This document shows, in pieces, positions 31,594 through 41,047 of a stretch of DNA of 64,000 bases (the stretch's first letter is position 1; every line of letters begins with the position of its first letter). A program made the position numbers and the translations under genes. This DNA comes from Solirubrobacterales bacterium (GTDB taxonomy: Bacteria > Actinomycetota > Thermoleophilia > Solirubrobacterales > 70-9). The stretch spans positions 7,538 to 71,537 of the forward strand of contig DASUMA010000011.1 of the NCBI GenBank assembly GCA_036277915.1, read 5' to 3'. The notes under the pieces are model-generated. The model did not search any database, had not been told where the DNA came from, and saw only the letters and a list, made by a program, of their open reading frames with translations.

Positions 31594-32714
31594 GCGGCGG
31601 TCGGGTAGGACGGAGTCCGCTTCGACTTCTTGACCACCCGCAGCTGCGTCGAGGGGTCCCAGAAGTTGGCCTCGTCCTGGTTGTCGACGAGCTCGTCCAT
31701 CGGCGTCGCCGGCGTCTCGCCCTCGAGCCACCCGGAGCGGTTGTCGGGGCGCGGGTTGGCGCCGTTGTCAGCCTGGCGGGCGACGTTGAGGCCGAGCTCC
31801 TCGAACATCGCTCGGTCCTCGGCCGGCTCGGCGCCGAGCGTGGTCAGGAAGTTGCCCATCATCACCCCGTTGAGGCCGGCCTTGACGGCAAGGCCGTGCA
31901 GCTCACCGAGGTTCTCGACGCGACCGCCGCAGAGGCGGAAGAGGGCGCCGGGGATGATCAGGCGGAAGATCGCGATCCACTTCACGACCTCCCACGGGTC
32001 CATCACCTCGCGGTCGCCGAACTTCGTCCCCTCCTTCGGGATCAGCAGGTTGATCGGGACCGAGGTGGGGTTGATCTCGGAGAGCTCGAAGGCCATCTCG
32101 ACTCGCTGCTCGGGGGTCTCACCGAGGTTGAGAATGCCGCCGACACAGGTCTCCAGGCCGGCCTCCTTGACCGCCTGGATCGTCCGCAGCCGTCCCTCGT
32201 AGCGGACCGTGGTCGAGACCTCCGGGTAGTAGGAGCGGGCCGACTCGACGTTGTGGTGGACCCGCTGCACGCCCGCGTCCTTGAGCGCCTTCGCGCGGTC
32301 CGCCGACATATGGCCGATCGAGGCGCAGCGCTTGAGGTTGGTCTGCTCGGCGACCAAGCGAGTGCCTTCGAGGATCTTCTGGAAGTCCCGTTTGGAGAGC
32401 CCCTGGCCCTGGGTGACCATGCAGAAGCGGTGGGCGCCGGCGGCCTCGGCGGCTTTCGCGTGTTCGAGGATCTGCTCTGGCCCCATCATCGCGTGCATCG
32501 GCGTGTCCGCCTCGGCGTAGCGCGACTGGGCACAGAAGCCGCAGTCCTCGGAGCAGCCGCCCGACTTGGCGTTGACCAGCGAGCACATGTCGGTCGAGTC
32601 GCCGAAGTTCTCGCGCCGCACCTCCCAGGCCCGCTCGACCAGGGCGCCGATCTCGTCGTGATCGCTCAGAAGCCCGTAGGCGAGGGCCTCGTCGGGGGAA
32701 ATCAGTGGTGGCAT
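31590..32714 (-). CDS. bioB: biotin synthase (radical SAM)
   Basis: 374 aa with the CxxxCxxC motif CSEDCGFCAQS. Confidence 0.95.
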
Positions 32715-32821
32715 CGCTGTCTCTTTCCGAGGGTCGGGTTGCCCGGCAAGGCTAGGTATTGAACCGGATGATCGGCCCCTCTGCGAGCAGAGGGGGATCG
32801 GCGGGTCGTAGCATCGGACGA

Positions 32822-33955
32822 ATGCGGCGGACGAGAGCGCGACGGCGGCGACGGCTGCTCCTGGCGACTCTGGCCGTCCTCGCGGCAGGTGCGTTCGCGA
32901 TCGGGGCGGCGCTCGGCGACGGCCGCTCCCCGACGGTCTCGGGCGAGGTCCAGGTCGCCGAGACCCTGCCCCCGCCGCAGCTGGCCGGACAGCGGATCGT
33001 CACCGGCCTCAGCGGCACCGCGGTGCCACCGGCGCTGCGCGACGCGGTCCGCCGCGGCGAAGTCGCCGGGGTCGTCCTCTTCGCCGCCAACTTCCCCAGC
33101 CGCGAGGCGGGCCGGCAGCTGATCCGCCAGCTGCAGGGGATCCGCCGCCCGCTGGGGCTGCGCGACCCGCTGCTGGTGATGATCGACCAGGAGGGCGGGC
33201 TGGTGAAGCGCCTCAGCGGCGCGCCCAGCGCCTCGGCGGCGCAGATGGGGGGCCGGGGCGCTGCCTTCAGCCGCGAGCAGGGCTGGCTTACCGCCGCCAA
33301 CCTGCGTGACGCCGGCGTCAACGTCGACCTCGCACCGGTCCTCGACGTCGCTCGGCCCGGCGGCACGATCGCCGAGACCGAACGCGGCTTCGGCTCCACC
33401 GCGCATAGCGTCGTGGCGACGGCGCTCCCCTTCGCCGAAGGGCTGCAGGCGGGAGGCGTCGGCGCCACCGGCAAGCACTTCCCCGGCTTCGGCGCCGCCA
33501 CCGAAAACACCGACTTCGCGGTCGAGCAGATCGGCCTCTCGAAGGCCCGCCTGCGGCAGGTCGACGAGGCGCCCTACCGCGCCTTCGCCGCCGCCGGCGG
33601 CGAGCTGGTGATGCTCAGCACCGCGATCTACCCTGCCTTCTCCGACCGCCCCGCCGCCTTCACCCGGGCGATCGCCACGGGTGAGCTGCGCGACCGGGTC
33701 GGGTTCGAGGGGGTCTCGATTACCGACGCGCTCGGGACCGTCGCCGTGCGCGATTTCGGCGGCCCGGCCAAGGCTGGCACCGCGGCAGCCGCGGCTGGGG
33801 TCGACCTGCTGCTGTTCGCCGACCTCGGCTCCGCTCTGCAGGCGCAGCGCGCCCTGGTCGCCGCCCTGCGCTCGAAGCGGCTCTTGCGCCAGCCCTTCGA
33901 GGAATCCGCCCAGCGCGTGCTCGATCTGCGCGGCAGCCTCGCCGCCTCCCGCTGA
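32822..33955 (+). CDS. glycoside hydrolase family 3 N-terminal domain protein (NagZ-like beta-N-acetylhexosaminidase), exported
   Basis: Arg-rich signal MRRTRARRRRRLLLATLAVLAAGAFA. Motifs MIDQEGGLVKRL and GKHFPGFG. Confidence 0.85.
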   Translation: MRRTRARRRRRLLLATLAVLAAGAFAIGAALGDGRSPTVSGEVQVAETLPPPQLAGQRIVTGLSGTAVPPALRDAVRRGEVAGVVLFAANFPSREAGRQLIRQLQGIRRPLGLRDPLLVMIDQEGGLVKRLSGAPSASAAQMGGRGAAFSREQGWLTAANLRDAGVNVDLAPVLDVARPGGTIAETERGFGSTAHSVVATALPFAEGLQAGGVGATGKHFPGFGAATENTDFAVEQIGLSKARLRQVDEAPYRAFAAAGGELVMLSTAIYPAFSDRPAAFTRAIATGELRDRVGFEGVSITDALGTVAVRDFGGPAKAGTAAAAAGVDLLLFADLGSALQAQRALVAALRSKRLLRQPFEESAQRVLDLRGSLAASR

Positions 33956-33962
33956 GCCGCTC

Positions 33963-35459
33963 CTACTCGGCGTCCAGCAGCTCGTCGCGGATCGCCTCGG
34001 GGTCGAAGACGCGAACGCCGTCGCGGCCGCCGTCCTTGGCCGAGTACATCGCCGTGTCGGCCTCGGCGACGATCGTCGCGAAGCCGGCCCGCGGGTCCTC
34101 GCCGAACATCGCAACGCCGACGCTGGCGGTGATCGGCTCGACCCCGTCGTGTTCGGGCTTGTGCAGCCGGATCGCCTCGGCGATCGCCTCTGCCGCGACC
34201 CGCGCCTCGGCCAGGTCACACCGCGGCAGCACGATCGCGAACTCGTCGCCGCCGAGCCGGGCCAGCGAGTCGCTGCCGCGGGTGCGCCGCCGCAGCACGC
34301 TGGCGATCTCCTCGATCAAACGGTCGCCGGCGGGGTGGCCGTGGGTGTCGTTGACGTGCTTGAAGTTGTCGAGGTCGAGCATCAGCAGTGCCCCGGTGGT
34401 GCCGTCGCGCTGGCTGCGCGCCATCGCCGCCCGCAGGTCCTCCTCGAAGCGGCGGCGGTTCTTCAGCCCGGTCAGCGCGTCATGGCTCGCTTCCTGTTCC
34501 AGCTGCTGCATCCGTTCGTTGCGGCGCCAGGAGACGATCAGGGTGCCAAGCAGCGCGGCGAGGGAGATGCCGATCACCGCCAGCAGCAGCGGCAGGCTGA
34601 CGTTGGGGCGGTTGGGGTCGCGGACGACCAGCACCCAGGTGCGGTCGGCGAAGTCGAGCTGGGCCGCCGCGGGGTCGTCAAACGGCTGGCGCGGACCCAG
34701 CGCAACCTGGTGGGAGATGCGCAGCTGGTAATCGGTCTCGTCGGGAAGCGCTGCGTCGACCGGGTCGGTCAGGTCGCCGAGGGCGAAGCTGCCGGAGGCG
34801 AACCCGAGCAGGGCGGCGCGCCGCTGGGCGACGGTCGCGGTCGGGGCGCCGTCGCGGTAGATCGCGTTGTAGACGACGACGCCGTCGCCGCCGAGGTAGA
34901 GCGGGACGACCGGGGTGACCACCGGCTTGCCGGTGTCGCGGGCGCGGCGCAGGACGGGGAGCCGCGAGGCGTCGCTGCCGAGGTCGTACCCGAGTGCCTG
35001 CTCGGTGCCGCGCTTGGCGACCGCGAAGGTGAGCGGGAAGTAGACATCGCGCCCGCTCGCGGGAGTGATCCTCTCGCCTCGCCGGGAGACGATCCGGAAC
35101 CCGTGCTCTGCTTCGTAGCGCCGCCGCTCGGAGGCCGGCACCCGGGCGATGAAGCCGGCGCCGCGGAGGATGTCCTGTTCGAGCAGGGAGCGGGCGACGA
35201 GGCCGAACTCGTGCCGGCTGAGGTCACGCTCGGCCTGGAAGAAGGCGGCGGCGCTGTCCAGCTCCCCGATCGAGAGCGCCGCGACGGCCTCGGTCTGGCG
35301 AGCGGCGCGGATCGCCTCCTCGCGTTGCAGCGAGTCGAAGTCGGCGCGGTCGTCGCTGTAGACGATGATCGCCGCCGCCACAGAGCCGGCGGCAATCAGC
35401 AGCACGGCGATTAGACCAATCCAGAACCGTTGGCGCATGCCGGCATTTTCGACATGCAT
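33963..35459 (-). CDS. diguanylate cyclase with N-terminal TM and CHASE sensor domain
   Basis: 498 aa. CHASE-like region (YFPLTFAVAKRGTEQALGYDLGSD), a second TM helix and a GGDEF domain (RLGGDEFAIVL). Confidence 0.88.
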   Translation of the reverse strand: MHVENAGMRQRFWIGLIAVLLIAAGSVAAAIIVYSDDRADFDSLQREEAIRAARQTEAVAALSIGELDSAAAFFQAERDLSRHEFGLVARSLLEQDILRGAGFIARVPASERRRYEAEHGFRIVSRRGERITPASGRDVYFPLTFAVAKRGTEQALGYDLGSDASRLPVLRRARDTGKPVVTPVVPLYLGGDGVVVYNAIYRDGAPTATVAQRRAALLGFASGSFALGDLTDPVDAALPDETDYQLRISHQVALGPRQPFDDPAAAQLDFADRTWVLVVRDPNRPNVSLPLLLAVIGISLAALLGTLIVSWRRNERMQQLEQEASHDALTGLKNRRRFEEDLRAAMARSQRDGTTGALLMLDLDNFKHVNDTHGHPAGDRLIEEIASVLRRRTRGSDSLARLGGDEFAIVLPRCDLAEARVAAEAIAEAIRLHKPEHDGVEPITASVGVAMFGEDPRAGFATIVAEADTAMYSAKDGGRDGVRVFDPEAIRDELLDAE

Positions 35460-35501
35460 CGCCGAGTATTGAAGTTAGGAGGACGTATTTCCAGAAAGCG
35501 C

Positions 35502-36137
35502 TCAGTCGGGCACGGCGGCGAGCGACTCCCAGAGGTACAGCGAGGCGAGGCTGCGGTGCGGTCGCCAGCGCTCGCTCAGCTCCACAACCGCGGTCGGCGT
35601 CGGCATCTCATCCATCCCGTACTCGATCTGGATTGCCTTGCGGATGCCGAGGTCGCCGCCGGAGATCACGTCGGGCCGTTCGAGGTGGAAGAGCAGGAAC
35701 ATCTCCGCGGTCCACTGGCCGAGGCCGCGCACGGCGACGATCTCCTCGATCACCTCTTGGTCATCGAGCTCGTCAAGCCGGTCGAGCTCCAGCTCACCGC
35801 TGATCACGTGGCGGGCAAGGTCCTGCACGTACTCGACCTTGCGGCCGGAGAGGCCAGCGCCGCGCAGGTCGGTGTCGTCCACCTCCAGCAGCTGCTCCGG
35901 CGACGGGGTGGAGCCGTCGAAGATCTCGATCACACGCCCGTAGATGGTCCGCGCCGCTTTGGTCGAGAGCTGCTGGCCGACGATCGCCCGCAGCAGCGCC
36001 CCGTAGGCGTCGTTCGGCCGCTCCTCCTGGCGCCGCGCCAGCCGCGTCGCCAGGTCGATCTTGCCGACCCGCTCGATCAGCGCCTCCATCGTCGGGTCGG
36101 TGGCGGCGAGCGCGGCGCGTTCGGAGCGGCCGCTCAC
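35502..36137 (-). CDS. alkA: DNA-3-methyladenine glycosylase II (HhH-GPD)
   Basis: 211 aa with an HhH-GPD pattern: LRGAGLSGRKVEYVQDLA, VRGLGQWTAEMFLLF, and the catalytic Asp context GGDLGIRKA. Confidence 0.85.
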   Translation of the reverse strand: MSGRSERAALAATDPTMEALIERVGKIDLATRLARRQEERPNDAYGALLRAIVGQQLSTKAARTIYGRVIEIFDGSTPSPEQLLEVDDTDLRGAGLSGRKVEYVQDLARHVISGELELDRLDELDDQEVIEEIVAVRGLGQWTAEMFLLFHLERPDVISGGDLGIRKAIQIEYGMDEMPTPTAVVELSERWRPHRSLASLYLWESLAAVPD

Positions 36138-36940
36138 TTGCCAGTCCAGCTTGGCGGTCGTTTCTCGGCGAAGGCGCGAATGCCCTCGCGGAAGTCCTCG
36201 GACCCGAAGCAGGACTCGCGCAGGGCGACGAGGCCCGCCTCCTGCTGCTCGCTCAGCACCGGCGAGGAGGTGAGCAGGTCGATCGCGTGCTTGTTGCCGC
36301 GCATCGAGAGCGGCGCGTTGGCGGCGATCGCCGCGGCCAGCCGGACTGAGTCCGACTCCAGGCTGTCGTCGCTGACGACTTCGTTGACGAGGCCGAAGCT
36401 CTCGGCCCGCTCGGCCTCGAAGTTGCGGCCGGTGAGGAAGAGCTCCTTGGTCCGGGCCAGCCCGACCGTGTCGAGGAACTTGCGCAAGCCAGTGTGGCCG
36501 TAGATCAGCCCCAGCTTGGCCGGCGGCATGCCCAGCTGGGCGCCGCGGGCGCAGATCCGCAGATCGCAGGTGATCGCCAGCTCGAGGCCGCCGCCGAGGC
36601 AGTGGCCGTTGATCGCCGCAACGGTCGGCCAGGGGTGCTTGGAGATCGCCTCCATCGCTGCGTGGAAGGGGTGGGCGACGAGCGCCTCGGCGTCGCGCTC
36701 GAAGGTCTCCTCGGGGATCGTGGCGATGTCGTAGCCGGCGCAGAAGACCGGCGGCGCGCCGGTGATCAGGACGCAGCGGTTCTCGATCCCGTCGTCGAGC
36801 CGCGGCAGCGTCTCGGCCAGGGCGTCGAGCACCTCGTGGTCGAGGGCATTGCGACGCTCCGGGTTGGAGAGGCGAAGCCGGACAACCGCCTCGGCTGGGC
36901 GGTCGAGGAGCAGCTTGCCGGAGGCGAGGCGCTCCTCCAC
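36134..36940 (-). CDS. enoyl-CoA hydratase/isomerase family protein
   Basis: 268 aa with the crotonase fold pattern FCAGYDI...AAINGHCLGGGLELAITCDLRI. 4-nt overlap with alkA. Confidence 0.9.
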   Translation of the reverse strand: MEERLASGKLLLDRPAEAVVRLRLSNPERRNALDHEVLDALAETLPRLDDGIENRCVLITGAPPVFCAGYDIATIPEETFERDAEALVAHPFHAAMEAISKHPWPTVAAINGHCLGGGLELAITCDLRICARGAQLGMPPAKLGLIYGHTGLRKFLDTVGLARTKELFLTGRNFEAERAESFGLVNEVVSDDSLESDSVRLAAAIAANAPLSMRGNKHAIDLLTSSPVLSEQQEAGLVALRESCFGSEDFREGIRAFAEKRPPSWTGK

Positions 36941-36944
36941 GGAC

Positions 36945-37157
36945 CTACTCCAGCACTACGAGGACGTCGCCTTCGGTGACCGACTGGCCCTCCTCGCAGC
37001 GGATCTCCTTGACCGTGCCGTCGTCTTCGGACTCGACCGGGATCTCCATCTTCATCGACTCGAGGATGACGACGGTGTCGCCGTCGGCGACCGTGTCCCC
37101 TACCGCCACCTCGATTTTCCACACGTTGCCGGTGATGTGAGCCTCGATATCTGCCAT
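36945..37157 (-). CDS. free-standing biotinyl/lipoyl carrier domain protein (BCCP-like, 70 aa)
   Basis: MADIEAHITGNVWKIEVAVGDTVADGDTVVILESMKMEIPVE, with the biotinylation motif SMKM. The upstream part of the 109-aa ORF looks non-native. Confidence 0.85.
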   Translation of the reverse strand: MADIEAHITGNVWKIEVAVGDTVADGDTVVILESMKMEIPVESEDDGTVKEIRCEEGQSVTEGDVLVVLE

Positions 37158-37200
37158 GGGCGGGGACAATAGCCGGGCGCGCGGGGGAGAATGGCGCTCG

Positions 37201-37911
37201 ATGCAGAGCGAGCAGGCAGCCCCGATGGCGGCGATCGTCGCCGCCCGCGACGAGGCCGACCGCGTCGGCGCCACCGTGGCGGCGCTGCGCGGCGCCTTCC
37301 CCGAGGCCGAGATCTGGGTCGCCGACGACGCCTCCGGCGACGGTACCGCCGAGGTGGCGCTGGCGGCCGGCGCTCAGGTGGTCAGCCGCGGCCGCCCGCA
37401 CGGCAAGGGCGCCAACGTCGACGCCGCGGTGGCGGCGGCGCTCGACGCCGAGCCGGCACCCGGCCTGGTCCTGCTCTGCGACGGCGACCTCGGCGACTCG
37501 GCGGCGCGGCTTGGCCCGCTGGTCGCCGCGGTCGAGGCGGGCGATTGCGACCTCGCGGTGGCGGCCTTCTCGCGCCGCGTCGGCGGCGGCTTCGGAGTCG
37601 CGCTCGGCTTCGCCCGCTGGGCGATCCGGCGCCTCTGCGGGGCCGAGACGACGGCGCCGATCTCCGGCCAGCGGGCGCTGCGGGTGGAGACCCTGAGCGC
37701 CTGCCTCCCGTTTGCCTCTGGCTTTGGGATGGAGATCGGGATGACCGTCGACGCGGTCCGCGCCGGCTACCGTCTGGGCGAGTACGAGATCGACCTCGAG
37801 CACCGCGCGACCGGGCGCACCCTCGGCGGCTTCATCCACCGCGGCGTCCAGCTTCGCGACTTCGCCCGGGTATATGCATCGCGGATGCGAAAGGCTCAGG
37901 GCGGGCGGTGA
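37201..37911 (+). CDS. glycosyltransferase family 2
   Basis: GT2 N-terminal pattern AAIVAARDEADRVGATVAAL...VADDASGDGT. The start is uncertain (ATG at 37201 or 37225); the ORF-track ATG at 37156 would overlap the divergent BCCP start. Confidence 0.75.
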   Translation: MQSEQAAPMAAIVAARDEADRVGATVAALRGAFPEAEIWVADDASGDGTAEVALAAGAQVVSRGRPHGKGANVDAAVAAALDAEPAPGLVLLCDGDLGDSAARLGPLVAAVEAGDCDLAVAAFSRRVGGGFGVALGFARWAIRRLCGAETTAPISGQRALRVETLSACLPFASGFGMEIGMTVDAVRAGYRLGEYEIDLEHRATGRTLGGFIHRGVQLRDFARVYASRMRKAQGGR

Positions 37912-39365
37912 TCCTCGCGATCGACCAGGGCACGACCGGGACCACCTGCCTCGTCTTCGACGGCGAGGGCCGGATCGCCGGCCGCGCCTACTCGGAGTTC
38001 GAGCAGCACTTCCCGCAGCCCGGCTGGGTCGAGCACGACGCTAGCGAGATCTGGGAGGTGACCCGGCGGGTCGGCGCCGAGGCGATCGCCGCCGCCGGGA
38101 TCGACGGGGCCGACCTGGAGGCGATCGGGATCACCAACCAGCGCGAGACGGTCGTCGCCTGGGACCCGGCGACGGGCGAGCCGCTGCACCGCGCCCTGGT
38201 CTGGCAAGACCGCCGCACCGCCGCGCGCTGCGAGCAGCTGCGCGCCGCCGGTCACGAAGCGCTGGTGCGGGAGCGGACCGGGCTGACGATCGACCCCTAC
38301 TTCTCGGCGACCAAGATCGAGTGGCTCCTGGCCAACGCCGAGGGAGCGGAGCGGGCGGTCTTCGGCACCGTTGACTCCTGGCTTCTGTTCAAGCTCACCG
38401 GCCGCCACGTCACCGACTACTCCAACGCCTCGCGGACGATGCTGTTCGACATCCGCCGCCTGCAATGGGACGCGGAGCTGTGCGACCTCCTGGGAATCGA
38501 CCCCGAGCGCCTGCCGCGGCCGCTGCCGTCGGCCGGGGCCTTCGGCACGACCTCGGAGTTCGGCGGCGAGGTGCCCGTGATGGGCGTCGCCGGCGACCAG
38601 CAGGCCGCCCTCTTCGGCCAGGCCTGCCACAGCCCCGGGATGGCCAAGAACACCTACGGCACGGGCAGCTTCGTCCTGCTCAACACCGGGCCGCGCACGC
38701 CGGAGCCTGGGGAGGGGCTTCTGGCGACCGTCGCCTGGGGTCTCGGCGAGGAGGTCGCCTACGCACTGGAGGCCTCGATCTTCGTCACCGGCGCCGCCGT
38801 GCAGTGGCTGCGCGACGGGCTCGGGATCGTCGCCGAGGCGGGGGAGACGGAGGCACTGGCGGCCTCACTCGAGTCCAACGATGGCGTCTACTTCGTCCCC
38901 GCCCTGACCGGGCTCGGCTCGCCCTATTGGGACCCCTACGCGCGGGGCACGATCGTCGGCCTCACCCGCGGCAGCGGCCGCGCCCACCTGGCGCGGGCGG
39001 CGCTTGAGGCAATCGCCTTCCAGACGGTCGACGCGGTGCGCGCTCAGGAGGCCGCCGGCGGCGAGCGCCTGGAGGTGCTGAAGGCAGACGGCGGGGCTGT
39101 CGCCAACAGCTGGCTGATGCAGTTCCAGGCCGATGTCCTCGGGGCGCCGGTCGTGGTGCCGGAGATCGCCGAGACGACCGCGCTCGGCGCCGCCTACCTG
39201 GCCGGGATCGCCGCCGGGGCCTGGACCCGCGAGGGCGTCGAGGCGATGTGGCGCGAGGCTGCCCGCTACGAGCCGCGGATGGAGGCGCCGCAGCGCGAGC
39301 GGCTACTGGCCGAATGGGGGGATGCTGTCGGGCGCTCGCGTAACTGGGCGCGCGACCGGGGTTAG
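37908..39365 (+). CDS. glpK: glycerol kinase
   Basis: The conserved start VILAIDQGTTGTTCLVFD uses GTG at 37908 (GTGA overlap with the GT2 stop). Contains GVAGDQQAALFGQ. The first 239 aa of the 724-aa ORF are out-of-frame junk. Confidence 0.95.
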   Translation: MILAIDQGTTGTTCLVFDGEGRIAGRAYSEFEQHFPQPGWVEHDASEIWEVTRRVGAEAIAAAGIDGADLEAIGITNQRETVVAWDPATGEPLHRALVWQDRRTAARCEQLRAAGHEALVRERTGLTIDPYFSATKIEWLLANAEGAERAVFGTVDSWLLFKLTGRHVTDYSNASRTMLFDIRRLQWDAELCDLLGIDPERLPRPLPSAGAFGTTSEFGGEVPVMGVAGDQQAALFGQACHSPGMAKNTYGTGSFVLLNTGPRTPEPGEGLLATVAWGLGEEVAYALEASIFVTGAAVQWLRDGLGIVAEAGETEALAASLESNDGVYFVPALTGLGSPYWDPYARGTIVGLTRGSGRAHLARAALEAIAFQTVDAVRAQEAAGGERLEVLKADGGAVANSWLMQFQADVLGAPVVVPEIAETTALGAAYLAGIAAGAWTREGVEAMWREAARYEPRMEAPQRERLLAEWGDAVGRSRNWARDRG

Positions 39366-39398
39366 GCACCGTTGGCGGCCCCGGGTCGCCATCTCCCC

Positions 39399-40142
39399 AT
39401 GTCCGAGATGAAGCCACAGGTCTACAAGGACCCGCGCCCGGCGGAGTACTTCACGCAGTTCCACGAGGCCGCCCGCAAGGGGGTCGGGTGGACCTACACC
39501 TTCGCCCGCATCATCCTCACCCTGCCGACGATCCTGATCTACCGGGTGCGGGGGATCGGGGTCGAGAACGTGCCCCGCGAGGGTGGGATCGTCCTCGCCC
39601 CCAACCACTTCAGCCAGATGGATCACTTCTTCGCCGGCGTCTACCTGCGGCGGAAGATCCGCTTCATGGCCAAATCCCAGCTCTTCGGCCCGCCCGTCCT
39701 CACCTACATCTACAAGCACGGCGGCGTCTTCCCGATCCGCCGCGGCCACCGCGACGAAGAGGCCTTCAAGACCGCCTACACGATTCTCGACCAGGGCGGG
39801 ATGCTGCTGGTCTACGCCGAGGGCGGGCGCTCGCGCTCGAAGGAGATGGGTGAGCCGAAACCCGGCATCGGCCGGATCGCACTGGAGTCCGGCGTCCCGA
39901 TCGTCCCGGTCGCGATCTACGGCTCCGCCCGCGTGCGCGGCTGGAAGCGCTTGCGCTTCCCCAAGGTCACGGTCCAGTTCGGCGAGCCGCTCAGCTTCGC
40001 GCTCGAGGAGGGGCCAGACCGCGAGCGCCAGCTGGAGGCAGCGACCGAGGTCTTTGACCGGGTGCGGGAGATGTACGAGGGGCTGGCTACTCGTGATGCG
40101 GGGGAAGCTGGGCGTAGAAGTCCGGATCGTGCCCGGGCGTGA
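39399..40142 (+). CDS. plsC: 1-acyl-sn-glycerol-3-phosphate acyltransferase family protein
   Basis: HxxxxD motif (APNHFSQMDHF) and EGGRS motif (VYAEGGRSRS). Confidence 0.88.
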   Translation: MSEMKPQVYKDPRPAEYFTQFHEAARKGVGWTYTFARIILTLPTILIYRVRGIGVENVPREGGIVLAPNHFSQMDHFFAGVYLRRKIRFMAKSQLFGPPVLTYIYKHGGVFPIRRGHRDEEAFKTAYTILDQGGMLLVYAEGGRSRSKEMGEPKPGIGRIALESGVPIVPVAIYGSARVRGWKRLRFPKVTVQFGEPLSFALEEGPDRERQLEAATEVFDRVREMYEGLATRDAGEAGRRSPDRARA

Positions 40143-40998
40143 TCACCACGTCGGGGAACTGACGCCGGAACAGCTTCAGCTCCTGCAGTGAGCGCCGGTA
40201 GTTGTGGGCGTCGACCGGGCGGGGGGGCAGCGGCACATCGCCGTCGAGCTGGCCGGCCATGTAGGTCGTATCCCCGCCGATCACGAAGTCGCGCTCGGAG
40301 AGGCGGGCGATGACCGACATGTGGCCGGCGCTGTGGCCCGGGGTGTAGGCGAGCCGGATCGAGCCGTCGCCGAAGAGGTCGAAGCAGCGCCCGAAGCTGG
40401 CATAGGAGTCGATCCCGGCGCGGTTGAAGTCGACGGTGCGGTAGTCGAAGGCGTAGTCGAAGTGGGGGCGGCGGTAGCCGTTGAGGACCGGTTTCGGTCC
40501 GCGCGCGGCGGCCTCCCACTCGGTGTCGCTGACGATAAAGGTCGAGTTGGGGAACTCGGAGATCGCCGAGGTGTGGTCGATGTGCATGTGGGTCATCACC
40601 ACCACCGGGATCTCGCCTGGGTCGAGGCCGAGGGCCCGCAGCCGCGCCGGCACGTCTTCGCCCGGCTTCAGGCTCGGCTTGCCGATCCGGTTGCCGAGCG
40701 CGCCGAAGTTCTCCTTGCCGTCGGTCGCGATCGAGGGGTGCAGGCCGGTGTCGACGAGGATCGCGCCGGCGCTGGGGTGGCGGATCAGGAAGGCGGGCAC
40801 GGGGACGACGTAGGGCTCGCCCGGGAACAGCAGCTTGCGCATCACCTTCGCTTCGACGAAGCGGCCGCCCGGGCTGACCATCATCTCCCGCGCGAACTCA
40901 ACCTGGCCGGCGATCAGCACCTCGACCGTCACCTTGGCGCCAGCCGTCCCTCCGGCAAGCGGCTCGTGCAGCGGGTGCGCCTCCACTTGCACCTTCAT
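40087..40998 (-). CDS. MBL-fold metallo-hydrolase (N-acyl-homoserine-lactonase-like)
   Basis: 303 aa with the HxHxDH motif (THMHIDHTSA). Its 3' end overlaps the plsC 3' end by 56 nt. Confidence 0.85.
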   Translation of the reverse strand: MKVQVEAHPLHEPLAGGTAGAKVTVEVLIAGQVEFAREMMVSPGGRFVEAKVMRKLLFPGEPYVVPVPAFLIRHPSAGAILVDTGLHPSIATDGKENFGALGNRIGKPSLKPGEDVPARLRALGLDPGEIPVVVMTHMHIDHTSAISEFPNSTFIVSDTEWEAAARGPKPVLNGYRRPHFDYAFDYRTVDFNRAGIDSYASFGRCFDLFGDGSIRLAYTPGHSAGHMSVIARLSERDFVIGGDTTYMAGQLDGDVPLPPRPVDAHNYRRSLQELKLFRRQFPDVVITPGHDPDFYAQLPPHHE

Positions 40999-41047
40999 CG
41001 TCTGGCCACATTACCGCCGATCGGGTCGCCTATAGGCTTGCTTAGGG

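Noticed and set aside
37191-39365. A 724-aa ORF suggesting a large fusion protein ending in glycerol kinase.
   Set aside because: Its first roughly 239 aa are Arg/Pro-rich and are an alternative frame over the GT2 gene. The conserved GlpK N-terminus (VILAIDQGTTG) begins at the GTG at 37908, which overlaps the GT2 stop.
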